Positions 1-9,484 of a stretch of DNA of 61,390 bases are shown in pieces. The stretch lies in the sequence record DRR723986_8121; one strand, written 5' to 3'. Positions within the stretch are counted from its first letter, which is position 1. Every line of letters starts with the position of its first letter. Position numbers and translations under genes: made by a program. The notes beneath the pieces are model-generated. The model saw only the letters and a list, made by a program, of their open reading frames with translations, did no database searches and had not been told where the DNA came from.

Positions 1-75
1 AATACTAGCTAGTATTATTCCAAAAGCAATTTGTCCATATTCAGAAAAAAGTCTGGTAGCTTGAGAGCTTTTCAT
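1..75 (-). CDS. 5' part of a probable YitT-family membrane protein (runs off the window edge)
   Basis: ATG at 75-73 opens MKSSQATRLFSEYGQIAFGIILASI, with no stop to the edge; resembles the N-terminus of flavobacterial YitT proteins. Confidence 0.5.
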   Translation of the reverse strand, partial: MKSSQATRLFSEYGQIAFGIILASI

Positions 76-134
76 AGTTTTGTTTTGATGAGGTAAAAGT
101 TACAAAACCAAAACCATTACTCACTTGCATAATT

Positions 135-165
135 AAAAAATCCTCGACAATTAATTGAGGATTTT
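135..165 (-). terminator. Intrinsic terminator downstream of the EF-hand gene
   Basis: Inverted repeat AAAATCCTCGA/TTGAGGATTTT with an A6 run (U-tract on the minus strand). Confidence 0.65.
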
Positions 166-175
166 CTTTACTATT

Positions 176-595
176 CTAATGTCTTCTTCGCTTAGGTTTT
201 CTTTTATGCCTTTCAGCCTTTTCAACAAAGGACTTGTACTCTTCTAAATCAACGGTTCCATTTCCATCAGCATCGAGTGTAGCAAAACGTTTTTCTATGC
301 GTTCTTCCTTTGTCATTTCTTTTTTAGAGACGAACTCTTCCTGAGATAATTCACCATTGCCATCTGCATCTAATGATTTAAAACGGTTGTTGGCCATTTC
401 CTCTTTAACCTCCTCTCGCATACGTTTAGATTTAAATTCTTCTAAAGATAACGAGCCATTAGTGTCGGCATCTAATTTTTTAAAAAGCTCTTCTGGATTA
501 CCACGCTTTTTTTCTCTACGTTCTTGAGCATTTACGAATGTTAATGAGCATAATGCTATAATGAACAAACCAATTTTAAATGTTTTTGAAATCAT
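176..595 (-). CDS. Secreted EF-hand calcium-binding protein
   Basis: Signal peptide (..VNA-Q); three canonical EF loops DADTNGSLSLEE, DADGNGELSQEE, DADGNGTVDLEE. Confidence 0.88.
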   Translation of the reverse strand: MISKTFKIGLFIIALCSLTFVNAQERREKKRGNPEELFKKLDADTNGSLSLEEFKSKRMREEVKEEMANNRFKSLDADGNGELSQEEFVSKKEMTKEERIEKRFATLDADGNGTVDLEEYKSFVEKAERHKRKPKRRRH

Positions 596-680
596 AATTT
601 TGTGTGTTTTAATTAATGAACACTACTATGACTTGATGAACTTAAAAGGGTTTAATGGTGAGGGTTGATTTATGAAAATA

Positions 681-1133
681 TTAACTTAGTTGGCGTAGAC
701 CTTCATAAACTATAATGCTAACGGCATTAGCTAAATTTAAACTTCTTATGTGTTCGCTATACATAGGAATTTTAAAAAGCTGGTCTTTATATTTATCTGT
801 AATTGTTTGTGAAAGACCGACAGATTCTTTACCAAAGATTAAGAACATCTCTTGAGTATAGTCGATATCCCAATGCGATTGTGTTCCATGACTTGATAAG
901 AAAACCATTTTAGCATCTTTACTTTTAAGAAAAAAATCGTCAATTGAATCGTAATAAATAACCTCCAGATGTTGCCAGTAATCTAAACCAGCACGTTTAA
1001 GACGTTTATCTTCAATCTCAAACCCAAATGGTTTTACTAAATGTAATTTAGACCCAGTTGCCAAGGCTAAGCGACCTATATTACCAGTGTTGTTCGGGAT
1101 TTCTGGTTCTACTAGAACAATATTAAGCGGCAT
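681..1133 (-). CDS. trmL: tRNA (cytidine/uridine-34 2'-O)-methyltransferase, SPOUT family
   Basis: PEIPNNTGNIGR, KRAGLDYW, FGKES and RSLNLAN motifs; 150 aa. Confidence 0.93.
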   Translation of the reverse strand: MPLNIVLVEPEIPNNTGNIGRLALATGSKLHLVKPFGFEIEDKRLKRAGLDYWQHLEVIYYDSIDDFFLKSKDAKMVFLSSHGTQSHWDIDYTQEMFLIFGKESVGLSQTITDKYKDQLFKIPMYSEHIRSLNLANAVSIIVYEGLRQLS

Positions 1134-1347
1134 TTTTTCTTGTTAGTTTTAAATAAATAAGTCTAAGTAATAGTATAAATGGAAATCCATGCATTACAAC
1201 ATCAAAATAATCTTGTGCTTGCATACCATTCGCTCCACCAGCAATCCACCTTAGTTTTCCGAATAAGTGAGGTTCAGGAAAAAATGGTGCTAAGCCGAGA
1301 GTTAAGCATAATAAAATTATTAGTCGCCAATCATTAATCAGTTTCAT
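1123..1347 (-). CDS. Small two-TM membrane protein
   Basis: 74 aa, LGLAPFFPEPHLFGKLRW and DVVMHG motifs; overlaps both trpA and trmL. Confidence 0.75.
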   Translation of the reverse strand: MKLINDWRLIILLCLTLGLAPFFPEPHLFGKLRWIAGGANGMQAQDYFDVVMHGFPFILLLRLIYLKLTRKNAA

Positions 1348-2110
1348 GCTGTAGAATGTTTTTTACAAATGAATCAATTGTGTCAATACCGTTACTGGTG
1401 ACATGTTTAATAAAGGCACTACCAATAATTGCACCTTTAGCGAATTTAGTCGCTTGTGTAAACGTCTCGTTATTCGAAATTCCAAAACCAACAATTTGTG
1501 GATTTTTAAGATTCATGTTGGTGATGCGCTCAAAGTACTCGGTTTGTGTAGTTCCAAATCCAGATTGTGCGCCAGTGGTACTTGCTGAACTCACCATGTA
1601 GATAAATCCATTTGAAATGGAATCAATATAATGAATACGTTCATTTGATGTTTGTGGCGTAATTAAAAAGACATTAATTAAACCATATTTTTCAAAGGTT
1701 GCTTTATATTCTTCATCATACACATCCGCTGGCAAATCTGGTAGTATCAAACCATCAATACCAATGTCTTGACATTTTTTACAAAAGGCTTCAACACCAT
1801 ATTGTAAAACTGGATTGAAATATCCCATAATAATTAATGGAATTGAAACCGTCTGACGAATAGCTGTAAGTTGCTCAAACAGTTTTTCTGTGGTCATACC
1901 ATTTTTTAGAGCCGCTGTAGAACTCGTTTGGATGGTTGGTCCATCGGCTAGTGGATCACTAAATGGTAATCCTATTTCAATCATATCTACACCAGATTTT
2001 TCTAAAGCTTGAATAATTGGAACTGTATCATCTATGTTAGGATAACCAGCCGTAAAATAAATAGATAAGAGCTTTTTGTCTTCTTGTAATTTTTGATTTA
2101 TTCTGTTCAT
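1334..2110 (-). CDS. trpA: Tryptophan synthase alpha chain
   Basis: IEIGLPFSDPLADGPTIQ motif; position in the trp operon. Confidence 0.97.
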   Translation of the reverse strand: MNRINQKLQEDKKLLSIYFTAGYPNIDDTVPIIQALEKSGVDMIEIGLPFSDPLADGPTIQTSSTAALKNGMTTEKLFEQLTAIRQTVSIPLIIMGYFNPVLQYGVEAFCKKCQDIGIDGLILPDLPADVYDEEYKATFEKYGLINVFLITPQTSNERIHYIDSISNGFIYMVSSASTTGAQSGFGTTQTEYFERITNMNLKNPQIVGFGISNNETFTQATKFAKGAIIGSAFIKHVTSNGIDTIDSFVKNILQHETD

Positions 2111-2112
2111 TT

Positions 2113-3294
2113 CTATAACTTAAAATAATCAATATAGTTCTGTAAATCTTTATCACCTCGTCCGGATAAACTAATAACAACCACATCATCTGGTTGAAAT
2201 GTTTTATGCTCAAAAATAGCCAATGCATGACTAGTCTCGATTGCTGGAATGATACCTTCTAATTGTGCTAGTTCTAATCCGGCTGTCATTGCTTCATCAT
2301 CGGTAGCAGAATAAAATTCACCTCGTCCTGATTTATATAAATGCGAATGTAAAGGTCCAACACCAGGATAATCTAATCCAGCTGAAATAGAGTAAGGCTC
2401 AGTAATTTGTCCATCTTTGGTTTGCATCAATAAGGTTTTACAACCATGAATAATACCTTCCTTTCCCAAAACAGAAGTTGCAGCACTTTCACCAGAATGA
2501 ATGCCTTTACCAGCTGCTTCAACAGCAATGATGCCGACAGCTTCATTATCTAAAAAGTGATAATAAGTACCTGCAGCATTGCTTCCTCCTCCGATACAAG
2601 CCACAACATAATCAGGATCTTCTTTACCTTCTTTTTCTTTTAATTGCCATTTAATTTCTTCCGAGATAATTGACTGAAATTTGGTCACCATATCTGGATA
2701 AGGATGAGGTCCGATCGCTGAGCCAATGATATAATGGGTGTCAACAGGATTATTAATCCAATCGCGAATAGCTTCATTGGTTGCGTCCTTTAATGTCCTA
2801 CTGCCGGATAATGCAGGTCTAACTTCAGCTCCTAGCATTTTCATACGAGCTACATTTGGTGCTTGTCTAGCAATATCAATTTCGCCCATATACACAATAC
2901 ACTCAATGCCCATTAAGGCACAGACAGTCGCAGTTGCTACACCATGCTGACCAGCACCAGTTTCGGCAATAATTCGGTTCTTACCTAAACGTTTTGCCAT
3001 TAAGATTTGACCTATGGTATTGTTCACTTTATGTGCACCAGTATGATTTAAATCTTCTCGTTTTAAATACACTTTGGTATTATATTTTTCCGAAAGACGC
3101 TTTGCAAAATAGAGTGGAGAAGGTCTGCCTACATAATCTTTTAATAATTGATGAAATTCTTCCTGAAACGAGGGTTCTGCCATTATTTTTAGGTAGTTCT
3201 GACGTAATTCCTCAACATTTGGATAGAGCATTTCTGGTATAAACGCTCCACCAAATTCTCCGTAATAACCTTTGTCGTTAATGTTGTAGCTCAT
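2113..3294 (-). CDS. trpB: Tryptophan synthase beta chain
   Basis: LKREDLNHTGAHK (PLP lysine), AETGAGQHG and SISAGLDYPGVGP motifs. Confidence 0.98.
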   Translation of the reverse strand: MSYNINDKGYYGEFGGAFIPEMLYPNVEELRQNYLKIMAEPSFQEEFHQLLKDYVGRPSPLYFAKRLSEKYNTKVYLKREDLNHTGAHKVNNTIGQILMAKRLGKNRIIAETGAGQHGVATATVCALMGIECIVYMGEIDIARQAPNVARMKMLGAEVRPALSGSRTLKDATNEAIRDWINNPVDTHYIIGSAIGPHPYPDMVTKFQSIISEEIKWQLKEKEGKEDPDYVVACIGGGSNAAGTYYHFLDNEAVGIIAVEAAGKGIHSGESAATSVLGKEGIIHGCKTLLMQTKDGQITEPYSISAGLDYPGVGPLHSHLYKSGRGEFYSATDDEAMTAGLELAQLEGIIPAIETSHALAIFEHKTFQPDDVVVISLSGRGDKDLQNYIDYFKL

Positions 3295-3892
3295 CTTTAA
3301 ATTTTTCTAATTCTTCAATTTGTTTTAATCCAGGTTCTATTTCAAATTTACTGTTCACATCAATGGCGTAACAATACTTTGAAGCTGGACTTTCTTTAAA
3401 TACTTTAATTTTTTCTAGTTCATTTAATCCAATTCCTCCACTTAAAAAGTAAGGTTTAGAAGATGGATAGTCTTGTAAAACCTCCCAATTAAAGGTGTAG
3501 CCATTACCACCTGGCAATTTTCCTTTGGTGTCAAATAGAAAGTAATCACAGACATTTTCATAATTACTCAAGACTGAAAAATCAAATTCATCTTTAATAG
3601 AAAAAACCTTAATGATTTCTTTATTTGTTAACTGTAGTAGTCTGCAAATTTCCACCGATTCATGACCATGTAACTGAATAGCATCCAACTTGTGCTTGTC
3701 AATCTTATCAACTATAACTTCTACTTTTTCATCTACAAAGACGCCAACTTTTTTAATGTCATTTAGTATTTCAGGAATAACATCCTCAAAATCTCTAGGT
3801 GAGTTTTTATAAAATATAAAACCCAGATAGTCTGGTTGCAATTCTGCAACTTCAGCTGTATTATATTTCATGCCACAGACCTTTAATTTCAT
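3278..3892 (-). CDS. trpF: Phosphoribosylanthranilate isomerase
   Basis: KVCG, QLHGHE, GGNG and DVNSKFE motifs. Confidence 0.95.
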   Translation of the reverse strand: MKLKVCGMKYNTAEVAELQPDYLGFIFYKNSPRDFEDVIPEILNDIKKVGVFVDEKVEVIVDKIDKHKLDAIQLHGHESVEICRLLQLTNKEIIKVFSIKDEFDFSVLSNYENVCDYFLFDTKGKLPGGNGYTFNWEVLQDYPSSKPYFLSGGIGLNELEKIKVFKESPASKYCYAIDVNSKFEIEPGLKQIEELEKFKDELQH

Positions 3893-4674
3893 GTTTCTAA
3901 AGTATTTATGAATGCTGTTGCACTTGCTCCAGGATTATCTGTTTTCATAAAGTTTTCACCAATTAAAAATCCTTTATAACCAAATGGTTGTAATTCTTTT
4001 ATGGCTTCAACCGAACTTATACCACTTTCAGATACTTTTACAAAATCATCAGGAATTAATTCACTTAACTTTTTGGAAGTCTCTAAGCTGACTTCGAAAG
4101 TCTTAAGATTTCTATTATTAACGCCTAACATATCTAAAGATGGCATAATGGATTTGTGCAATTCATCTTCGTTGTGAACTTCTAATAAGACATCTAGATT
4201 TAAACTTTTTGCCAGTTCTGAGTATTGTTTAATTTCTTCTCTGGTTAAAATTGCTGCAATCAATAAAATAACATCAGCTCCATAGGCTTTAGCTTCTAGT
4301 ATTTGATATTGATCAATAATGAATTCCTTTCGTAGTAAAGGAAGATTGCAAATAGCTCTAGCTACAATTAAATCATCTAAAGATCCTCCAAAATATTTGC
4401 CGTCGGTAAGGACTGACATACCACATACTCCTGCAGTTTCATAACCACTAGCCACATCCTGAACATTTAAGCTTTGATTAATCTCAGATTTTGAAGGTGA
4501 TCGTCTTTTGTGTTCTGCAATAATCCCAGATTGGCTTGCTTTTAAGGTTTGAGCTAATGAGTTTGTATCTCTTTCAAAAAGAACAGAGGATTCTAATTGA
4601 TGTATCGTAATCAAAGACTTTCGTAAGTCTACTTCTTTGCGCTTATCAATTACTATTTTATCTAATATGTTCAT
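3889..4674 (-). CDS. trpC: Indole-3-glycerol phosphate synthase
   Basis: IIAEHKRRSPSK, LLRKEFI, GVNNRNL and VSESGI motifs. Confidence 0.96.
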   Translation of the reverse strand: MNILDKIVIDKRKEVDLRKSLITIHQLESSVLFERDTNSLAQTLKASQSGIIAEHKRRSPSKSEINQSLNVQDVASGYETAGVCGMSVLTDGKYFGGSLDDLIVARAICNLPLLRKEFIIDQYQILEAKAYGADVILLIAAILTREEIKQYSELAKSLNLDVLLEVHNEDELHKSIMPSLDMLGVNNRNLKTFEVSLETSKKLSELIPDDFVKVSESGISSVEAIKELQPFGYKGFLIGENFMKTDNPGASATAFINTLET

Positions 4675-5669
4675 TTACTAAGTTCTATAAGTTTGTCTAA
4701 ACTCGTTTTTGCTTTGCCACTTAAGAGAGATTCTTTAGCTAATTCAAACCCTTCTAAATGAGATATCTGTCTTGTAGTCGAAATAGCCAATCCTGCATTT
4801 GCACAAACTACATTATTTTGAGCTTCAGTACCTATTCCAGATATAATCTTAGTAAAAAGTTGAGCCGCTTCTTTAACCGTATTACCACCAAATATTTCTG
4901 ATTGCTCTATTTTATCTACACCAAGATCTTGTGGTTCAAATAAAGTTTCGGTAGTGTTAGCTATAACTTTTGTTTTTCCTGTTAAAGAAATTTCATCATA
5001 ACCATCTAAAGCATGTACAACGGCATAATTCTTATCCGTTTCTTGATATAAATAACCGTATAAGCGTAATAATTCCAAATTAAATACACCGACCATTTGA
5101 TTCTTAGGAAATGCAGGATTTACCATTGGACCAAGCATATTAAAAAAGGTCTTTACCCCTAATTCTCTTCGTATAGGAGCAACATTTTTCATCGCTGGAT
5201 GAAAAAGTGGTGCATGTAATACACAAATACCAGTTTCATCAATGCTACGTTTTAAAAAATCTATATCATTGGTGAATTTGATACCTAAATGTTCCATGAC
5301 ATTTGATGAGCCACATGCTGAAGACACACCATAATTTCCGTGTTTGGTAACATTGATACCTGCGCCTGCAGTTACAAATGACGATAAAGTAGAAATATTG
5401 AAGGTGTCTTTTCCGTCACCACCTGTACCACATAAATCGATAGTGTTATAACCTTCTAAATTTACTGGAATACACAATTCTAAAAGTGCATCTCTAAAAC
5501 CACGAAGCTCCTCGATAGTTATGCTACGCATCATATATACGGTGAGAAATGAAGCTATTTGACTTTGATTATATTCACCATTAGAAATATTGACCAAGAC
5601 ATTTTTTGCTTCCTCACTAGAAATACTTTCCTGATTTATTAACCTGTTTAATAATGCTTTCATATTCAT
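4671..5669 (-). CDS. trpD: Anthranilate phosphoribosyltransferase
   Basis: DLCGTGGDG, FNIST and KHGN motifs. Confidence 0.96.
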   Translation of the reverse strand: MNMKALLNRLINQESISSEEAKNVLVNISNGEYNQSQIASFLTVYMMRSITIEELRGFRDALLELCIPVNLEGYNTIDLCGTGGDGKDTFNISTLSSFVTAGAGINVTKHGNYGVSSACGSSNVMEHLGIKFTNDIDFLKRSIDETGICVLHAPLFHPAMKNVAPIRRELGVKTFFNMLGPMVNPAFPKNQMVGVFNLELLRLYGYLYQETDKNYAVVHALDGYDEISLTGKTKVIANTTETLFEPQDLGVDKIEQSEIFGGNTVKEAAQLFTKIISGIGTEAQNNVVCANAGLAISTTRQISHLEGFELAKESLLSGKAKTSLDKLIELSK

Positions 5670-6232
5670 GAATTAACCCAGTTTTTTAGAATAGTCTTTC
5701 CATTTGGAGTTAAAACCGATTCAGGATGATATTGAACTCCTTTTACATCATATTCCTTATGTCTTAGCGACATAATCTGTCCATTAGAATCAAAAGAAGT
5801 TGCTTCTAAGCAGTCTGGTAAGTCTGTGCTTACAACCCAAGAATGATATCGGCCAACTTCAAACTTATTGCCAAGTCCATTAAAAAGTAGTTCATCATTA
5901 ACACTAAGAGTGACATTAGTTGCCACACCATGATAAACGTTTTCCAAGTTCTCTAGTGAGCCACCAAAAACTTCTCCAATTGCTTGTTGTCCTAAGCAAA
6001 CACCTAAAATACTTTTAGTCGGCGCATATTTAGCAATAATTGCTTTTAACAAACCCGCTTCATCTGGTATGCCAGGACCAGGTGATAATACAATTTTATC
6101 AAATGCATCCACTTCATCTAAAGTGAGTTTATCATTTCTTTTTACTGTTACATTGCAATCTAAATCTTCTAAATAATGAACTAGATTGTAGGTAAAACTG
6201 TCGTAATTATCTATTACTAATACGTTTTTCAT
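5666..6232 (-). CDS. trpG: Anthranilate synthase component II (glutamine amidotransferase)
   Basis: IDNYDSFTYN, SPGPG, GVCLG and QYHPES motifs. Confidence 0.95.
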   Translation of the reverse strand: MKNVLVIDNYDSFTYNLVHYLEDLDCNVTVKRNDKLTLDEVDAFDKIVLSPGPGIPDEAGLLKAIIAKYAPTKSILGVCLGQQAIGEVFGGSLENLENVYHGVATNVTLSVNDELLFNGLGNKFEVGRYHSWVVSTDLPDCLEATSFDSNGQIMSLRHKEYDVKGVQYHPESVLTPNGKTILKNWVNS

Positions 6233-6233
6233 A

Positions 6234-7637
6234 TTATATGTCTTTAGCTTGTTCTATAGCGTTATTCAGGGCGCCAAGCTTATTATATACTTCTTGTAAT
6301 TCGCTTTCGGCATCTGATTTTGCAACTAAACCAGCACCTGCTTGCCAGAATAAATTGTGATTTTTACTTAGAAATGTTCTAATCATAATAGCGTGATTAA
6401 AATTGCCTTCGAAATCCATAAAACCAATTGCTCCGCCATAAAATCCTCTGCTTGTTTTTTCATACTTCTCGATGAGTTGCATTGCCATATGCTTTGGCGC
6501 ACCACTTAATGTGCCAGCTGGGAACGTATCTGCAACAACTTGCATAGTGTCCGTGTTTTTATGCTTCATTCCTGTTACTTTACTCACCAAGTGAATTACA
6601 TGAGAAAAGAATTGAACTTCTCTATAATTTTCTACAGTAACATTACTTCCATGCCTGCTTAGATCATTTCTTGCTAAATCTACAAGCATAACATGTTCAC
6701 TGTTTTCTTTATCATCCTTAATAAGTTTTTCGGCCAATTCTGCATCTTTTAAATCATTTCCAGTGCGCTTAAATGTGCCGGCAATAGGATGTATTTCTGC
6801 TTTATTATCACTAACCACTAATTGTGCTTCTGGCGAACTACCAAATATTTTGAAATTTCCATAGTCAAAATAGAACAAATATGGTGAGGGATTAATACTT
6901 CTTAAGGCTCTGTAAACATTGAATTCATCACCACTGAATTGTTGAGAAAATTGCTTAGATAATACCAATTGAAAAACATCACCTCTTGCACAATGTTTTT
7001 TTGCTAGTTCTACGTGTGCTTTATATTCTTCATCTGTTAGATTAGATGTTATTTCACTCTTAGTATTAAAATCATAAGAAGCATATTGCCTAGTTTGAAT
7101 TAATTGTAAAATTTCATCAATATTGTTTTCTGTGTCAAAGCAATGTGCAAAAATATAAGCTTCATTTTTAAAGTGGTTAATGGCAATTATATTTTGATAA
7201 ACCGCATAATAGACATCTGGAATTTTTACTGAATTTTCTTTTGTAGATATCTCAATATCTTCAAAATACTTAACAGCGTCATAAGAGGTGTATCCAAATA
7301 TTCCATTATTAATAAATTTGAATTTTTTGTTTGAATCTACCTTGAATCGTTGTGTGAATTTATGGATTTCTTCTACTACACCGACAGTGTCAGTAAAATT
7401 ATGTTTTGAACTTCCGTCTGGATATGTCTGATAAATACTGTCGTTTTCAACCTTTATAGAGGCAATAGGATTGCAACAGATATATGAAAAACTGTTGTCA
7501 TTTGCATGATAATCACTACTCTCTAGCAAAATGCTATTAGGGAATTTATCCCTTATTTTAAGGTATATACTTACAGGTGTTATAGTATCTGCAAGTATTT
7601 TTTTATAATGTGTATAAAGACTAAAGGTTTTCATCAA
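6234..7637 (-). CDS. trpE: Anthranilate synthase component I
   Basis: LLES, NPSPY, SSPE, EHVMLVDLARND and FPAGTLSGAPK motifs. Confidence 0.96.
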   Translation of the reverse strand: MMKTFSLYTHYKKILADTITPVSIYLKIRDKFPNSILLESSDYHANDNSFSYICCNPIASIKVENDSIYQTYPDGSSKHNFTDTVGVVEEIHKFTQRFKVDSNKKFKFINNGIFGYTSYDAVKYFEDIEISTKENSVKIPDVYYAVYQNIIAINHFKNEAYIFAHCFDTENNIDEILQLIQTRQYASYDFNTKSEITSNLTDEEYKAHVELAKKHCARGDVFQLVLSKQFSQQFSGDEFNVYRALRSINPSPYLFYFDYGNFKIFGSSPEAQLVVSDNKAEIHPIAGTFKRTGNDLKDAELAEKLIKDDKENSEHVMLVDLARNDLSRHGSNVTVENYREVQFFSHVIHLVSKVTGMKHKNTDTMQVVADTFPAGTLSGAPKHMAMQLIEKYEKTSRGFYGGAIGFMDFEGNFNHAIMIRTFLSKNHNLFWQAGAGLVAKSDAESELQEVYNKLGALNNAIEQAKDI

Positions 7638-7646
7638 TTTAAAATT

Positions 7647-7679
7647 AAAAAAGGCTTGTCGTGAATGACAAGCCTTTTT
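7647..7679 (-). terminator. trp attenuator terminator hairpin
   Basis: mRNA reads AAAAAGGCUUGUC-AUUCAC-GACAAGCCUUUUUU, about 10 nt upstream of the trpE start. Confidence 0.9.
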
Positions 7680-7704
7680 CTATATTATGCATACAAGGGT
7701 TATT

Positions 7705-7761
7705 TCACGAACGTTTGTTAGAGAAATTCCACCACCAAGTATGAGTTGTTATTGTTTTCAT
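7705..7761 (-). CDS. trpL: trp leader peptide MKTITTHTWWWNFSNKRS (18 aa)
   Basis: ATG at 7761, three consecutive TGG codons (7737-7729), TGA at 7707-7705; lies between a promoter motif and the attenuator hairpin. Confidence 0.88.
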   Translation of the reverse strand: MKTITTHTWWWNFSNKRS

Positions 7762-7769
7762 TTGAATGT

Positions 7770-7801
7770 CAAATATAGAAATGATAATTTGTAATTTCAA
7801 A
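7770..7801 (-). promoter_or_regulatory. Bacteroidota housekeeping promoter of the trp operon
   Basis: TTTG (7801-7798), 20 nt spacer, TATATTTG (7777-7770); matches the -33/-7 consensus. Confidence 0.7.
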
Positions 7802-7863
7802 CATTTAAATTAATTTTTTGTTAATTATTAAAAGAGCATGAAATTGATTAATAACTTTAGGCC

Positions 7864-8412
7864 ATGAAGCGATTGTTTATTTTAAGTATCCTAATTGTAT
7901 TTTCCTGCAAAGAAATTCCTAAAGAAGAGGTGAATACTGAGAATAGTGTGGAGTCTTCAGAAACAAAAGAATTGACTTTTAATACCTCTGATATAGATTT
8001 AGAAATATACGATTACGATGGATTAGAGCCACTTATAAATAAAAAAGATGATAAACTACATGTGGTAAACTTTTGGGCTACTTGGTGCGCGCCATGCGTA
8101 AAAGAATTACCTTACTTTGAAGCTCTTAATCAAAAATATAAAGATCAAGGTGTTGAGTTTTTGCTTGTAAGTCTCGACTTTCCCAGAAATTATGATACCA
8201 AGTTAAAACCGTTTATAAAAAATAAAGATTTAAAATCTAAAGTTGTAGCTTTTGATGATGTAGATCAAAATAGATGGATACCAGCAATAAATGAAAAGTG
8301 GTCAGGTGCATTACCAGCTACAATTATTTATAATAAAAATAAGCGCCAATTTTACGAAAGGTCGTTTACACAAGACGAATTAGAAATCGAAATAAAACAA
8401 TTTTTAAAATAG
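7864..8412 (+). CDS. TlpA-family thiol:disulfide oxidoreductase, lipoprotein
   Basis: Lipobox-like VFSC; NFWATWCAPC motif; LPAT cis-Pro loop. Confidence 0.9.
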   Translation: MKRLFILSILIVFSCKEIPKEEVNTENSVESSETKELTFNTSDIDLEIYDYDGLEPLINKKDDKLHVVNFWATWCAPCVKELPYFEALNQKYKDQGVEFLLVSLDFPRNYDTKLKPFIKNKDLKSKVVAFDDVDQNRWIPAINEKWSGALPATIIYNKNKRQFYERSFTQDELEIEIKQFLK

Positions 8413-8419
8413 ATAGAAT

Positions 8420-9031
8420 ATGAAAACTTTAAGAATGTTAGTAGTTATGGTATTAGGTCTTACGCTTTTTGCGTTTACTAATACTTCAGGAGACAAGGGA
8501 TATAAGGTTGGCGATTTGGCAACCGACTTTAGTTTAGAGAATATTGATGGTACAAAAGTATCACTTTCAGATTTTACAGATGCTAAAGGCTTTATTGTCA
8601 TTTTTACATGTAACACTTGTCCTTACGCTGTGGCGTATGAAGATAGAATAGAGGCATTAAATAAAAAATATGCATCTAAAGGGTATCCTGTGATTGCAAT
8701 TATGCCAAATAATACAGATGTTAAACCTGGCGATAATATGGAGGCAATGAAAGCTAGGGCAAAAGCCAAGGGATTCACGTTTCCATATTTAATGGATGAA
8801 GGTCAAAAAATTTATCCACAATATGGTGCAACTAAAACACCTCATGTTTATTTATTAGAAAAAACCAGAAAAGGTAATGTAGTTAAATATATCGGAGCAA
8901 TTGATGATAATTACAAAGATGCATCAGCTGTAAATGAAAAGTATGTTGAAAATGCAGTAGACGCATTATTAAAAGACCAAGAGATTAAAGTTAAAGAGAC
9001 AAGAGCTATTGGATGCTCAATTAAAGTTTAA
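8420..9031 (+). CDS. Exported thioredoxin-like (AhpC/TSA, redoxin) protein
   Basis: Signal peptide; FTCNTCPY, GATKTPH, YIGAID and C-terminal GCSIK motifs. Confidence 0.88.
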   Translation: MKTLRMLVVMVLGLTLFAFTNTSGDKGYKVGDLATDFSLENIDGTKVSLSDFTDAKGFIVIFTCNTCPYAVAYEDRIEALNKKYASKGYPVIAIMPNNTDVKPGDNMEAMKARAKAKGFTFPYLMDEGQKIYPQYGATKTPHVYLLEKTRKGNVVKYIGAIDDNYKDASAVNEKYVENAVDALLKDQEIKVKETRAIGCSIKV

Positions 9032-9073
9032 GTGTTAAGAGACCTATAATAATAGGTGTTTTGTTAAATAATG

Positions 9074-9103
9074 AATCCGGAGTGTAACACTTCGGATTTT
9101 TTT
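9074..9103 (+). terminator. Intrinsic terminator
   Basis: AATCCGGAGTG-TAA-CACTTCGGATT followed by a T run. Confidence 0.75.
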
Positions 9104-9148
9104 GCGTCTATATCACAAGGAAATGTTAATTTTGTTTAAGCAAAATAG

Positions 9149-9472
9149 ATGATTATGGCAGATTTGTCTCAAAAAGATTGGACAAAACATTTAAATGAAG
9201 ACAATAATTCTGTGGTTTTAGATGTTAGAACACCAGAAGAAGTAGCTTTAGGAATAATTCCTAATGCAATACATATTGATATTTTTAAAGGTCAAGGATT
9301 TATTGATGAGATAAACCAACTAGATAAAACTAAAAACTATTATGTGTATTGTAAAGCAGGTGGAAGAAGTGGTCAGGCCTGTGCGGTAATGAATCAGCTC
9401 GGATTTAATAATGCTTATAATTTAGTTGGCGGCTTCAGCCAGTGGAAGGGTGAAGTAGCGTTTCAAGAATAA
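9149..9472 (+). CDS. Rhodanese-like domain protein (alternative start 9155)
   Basis: LDVRTPEE, YCKAGGRS active-site loop, NLVGGF. Confidence 0.9.
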   Translation: MIMADLSQKDWTKHLNEDNNSVVLDVRTPEEVALGIIPNAIHIDIFKGQGFIDEINQLDKTKNYYVYCKAGGRSGQACAVMNQLGFNNAYNLVGGFSQWKGEVAFQE

Positions 9473-9484
9473 TAAAATATAAAA

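Noticed and set aside
7640..7800. T-box or TRAP-type control of the trp operon
   Set aside because: No T-box consensus or (G/U)AG repeat series; the leader peptide explains the region
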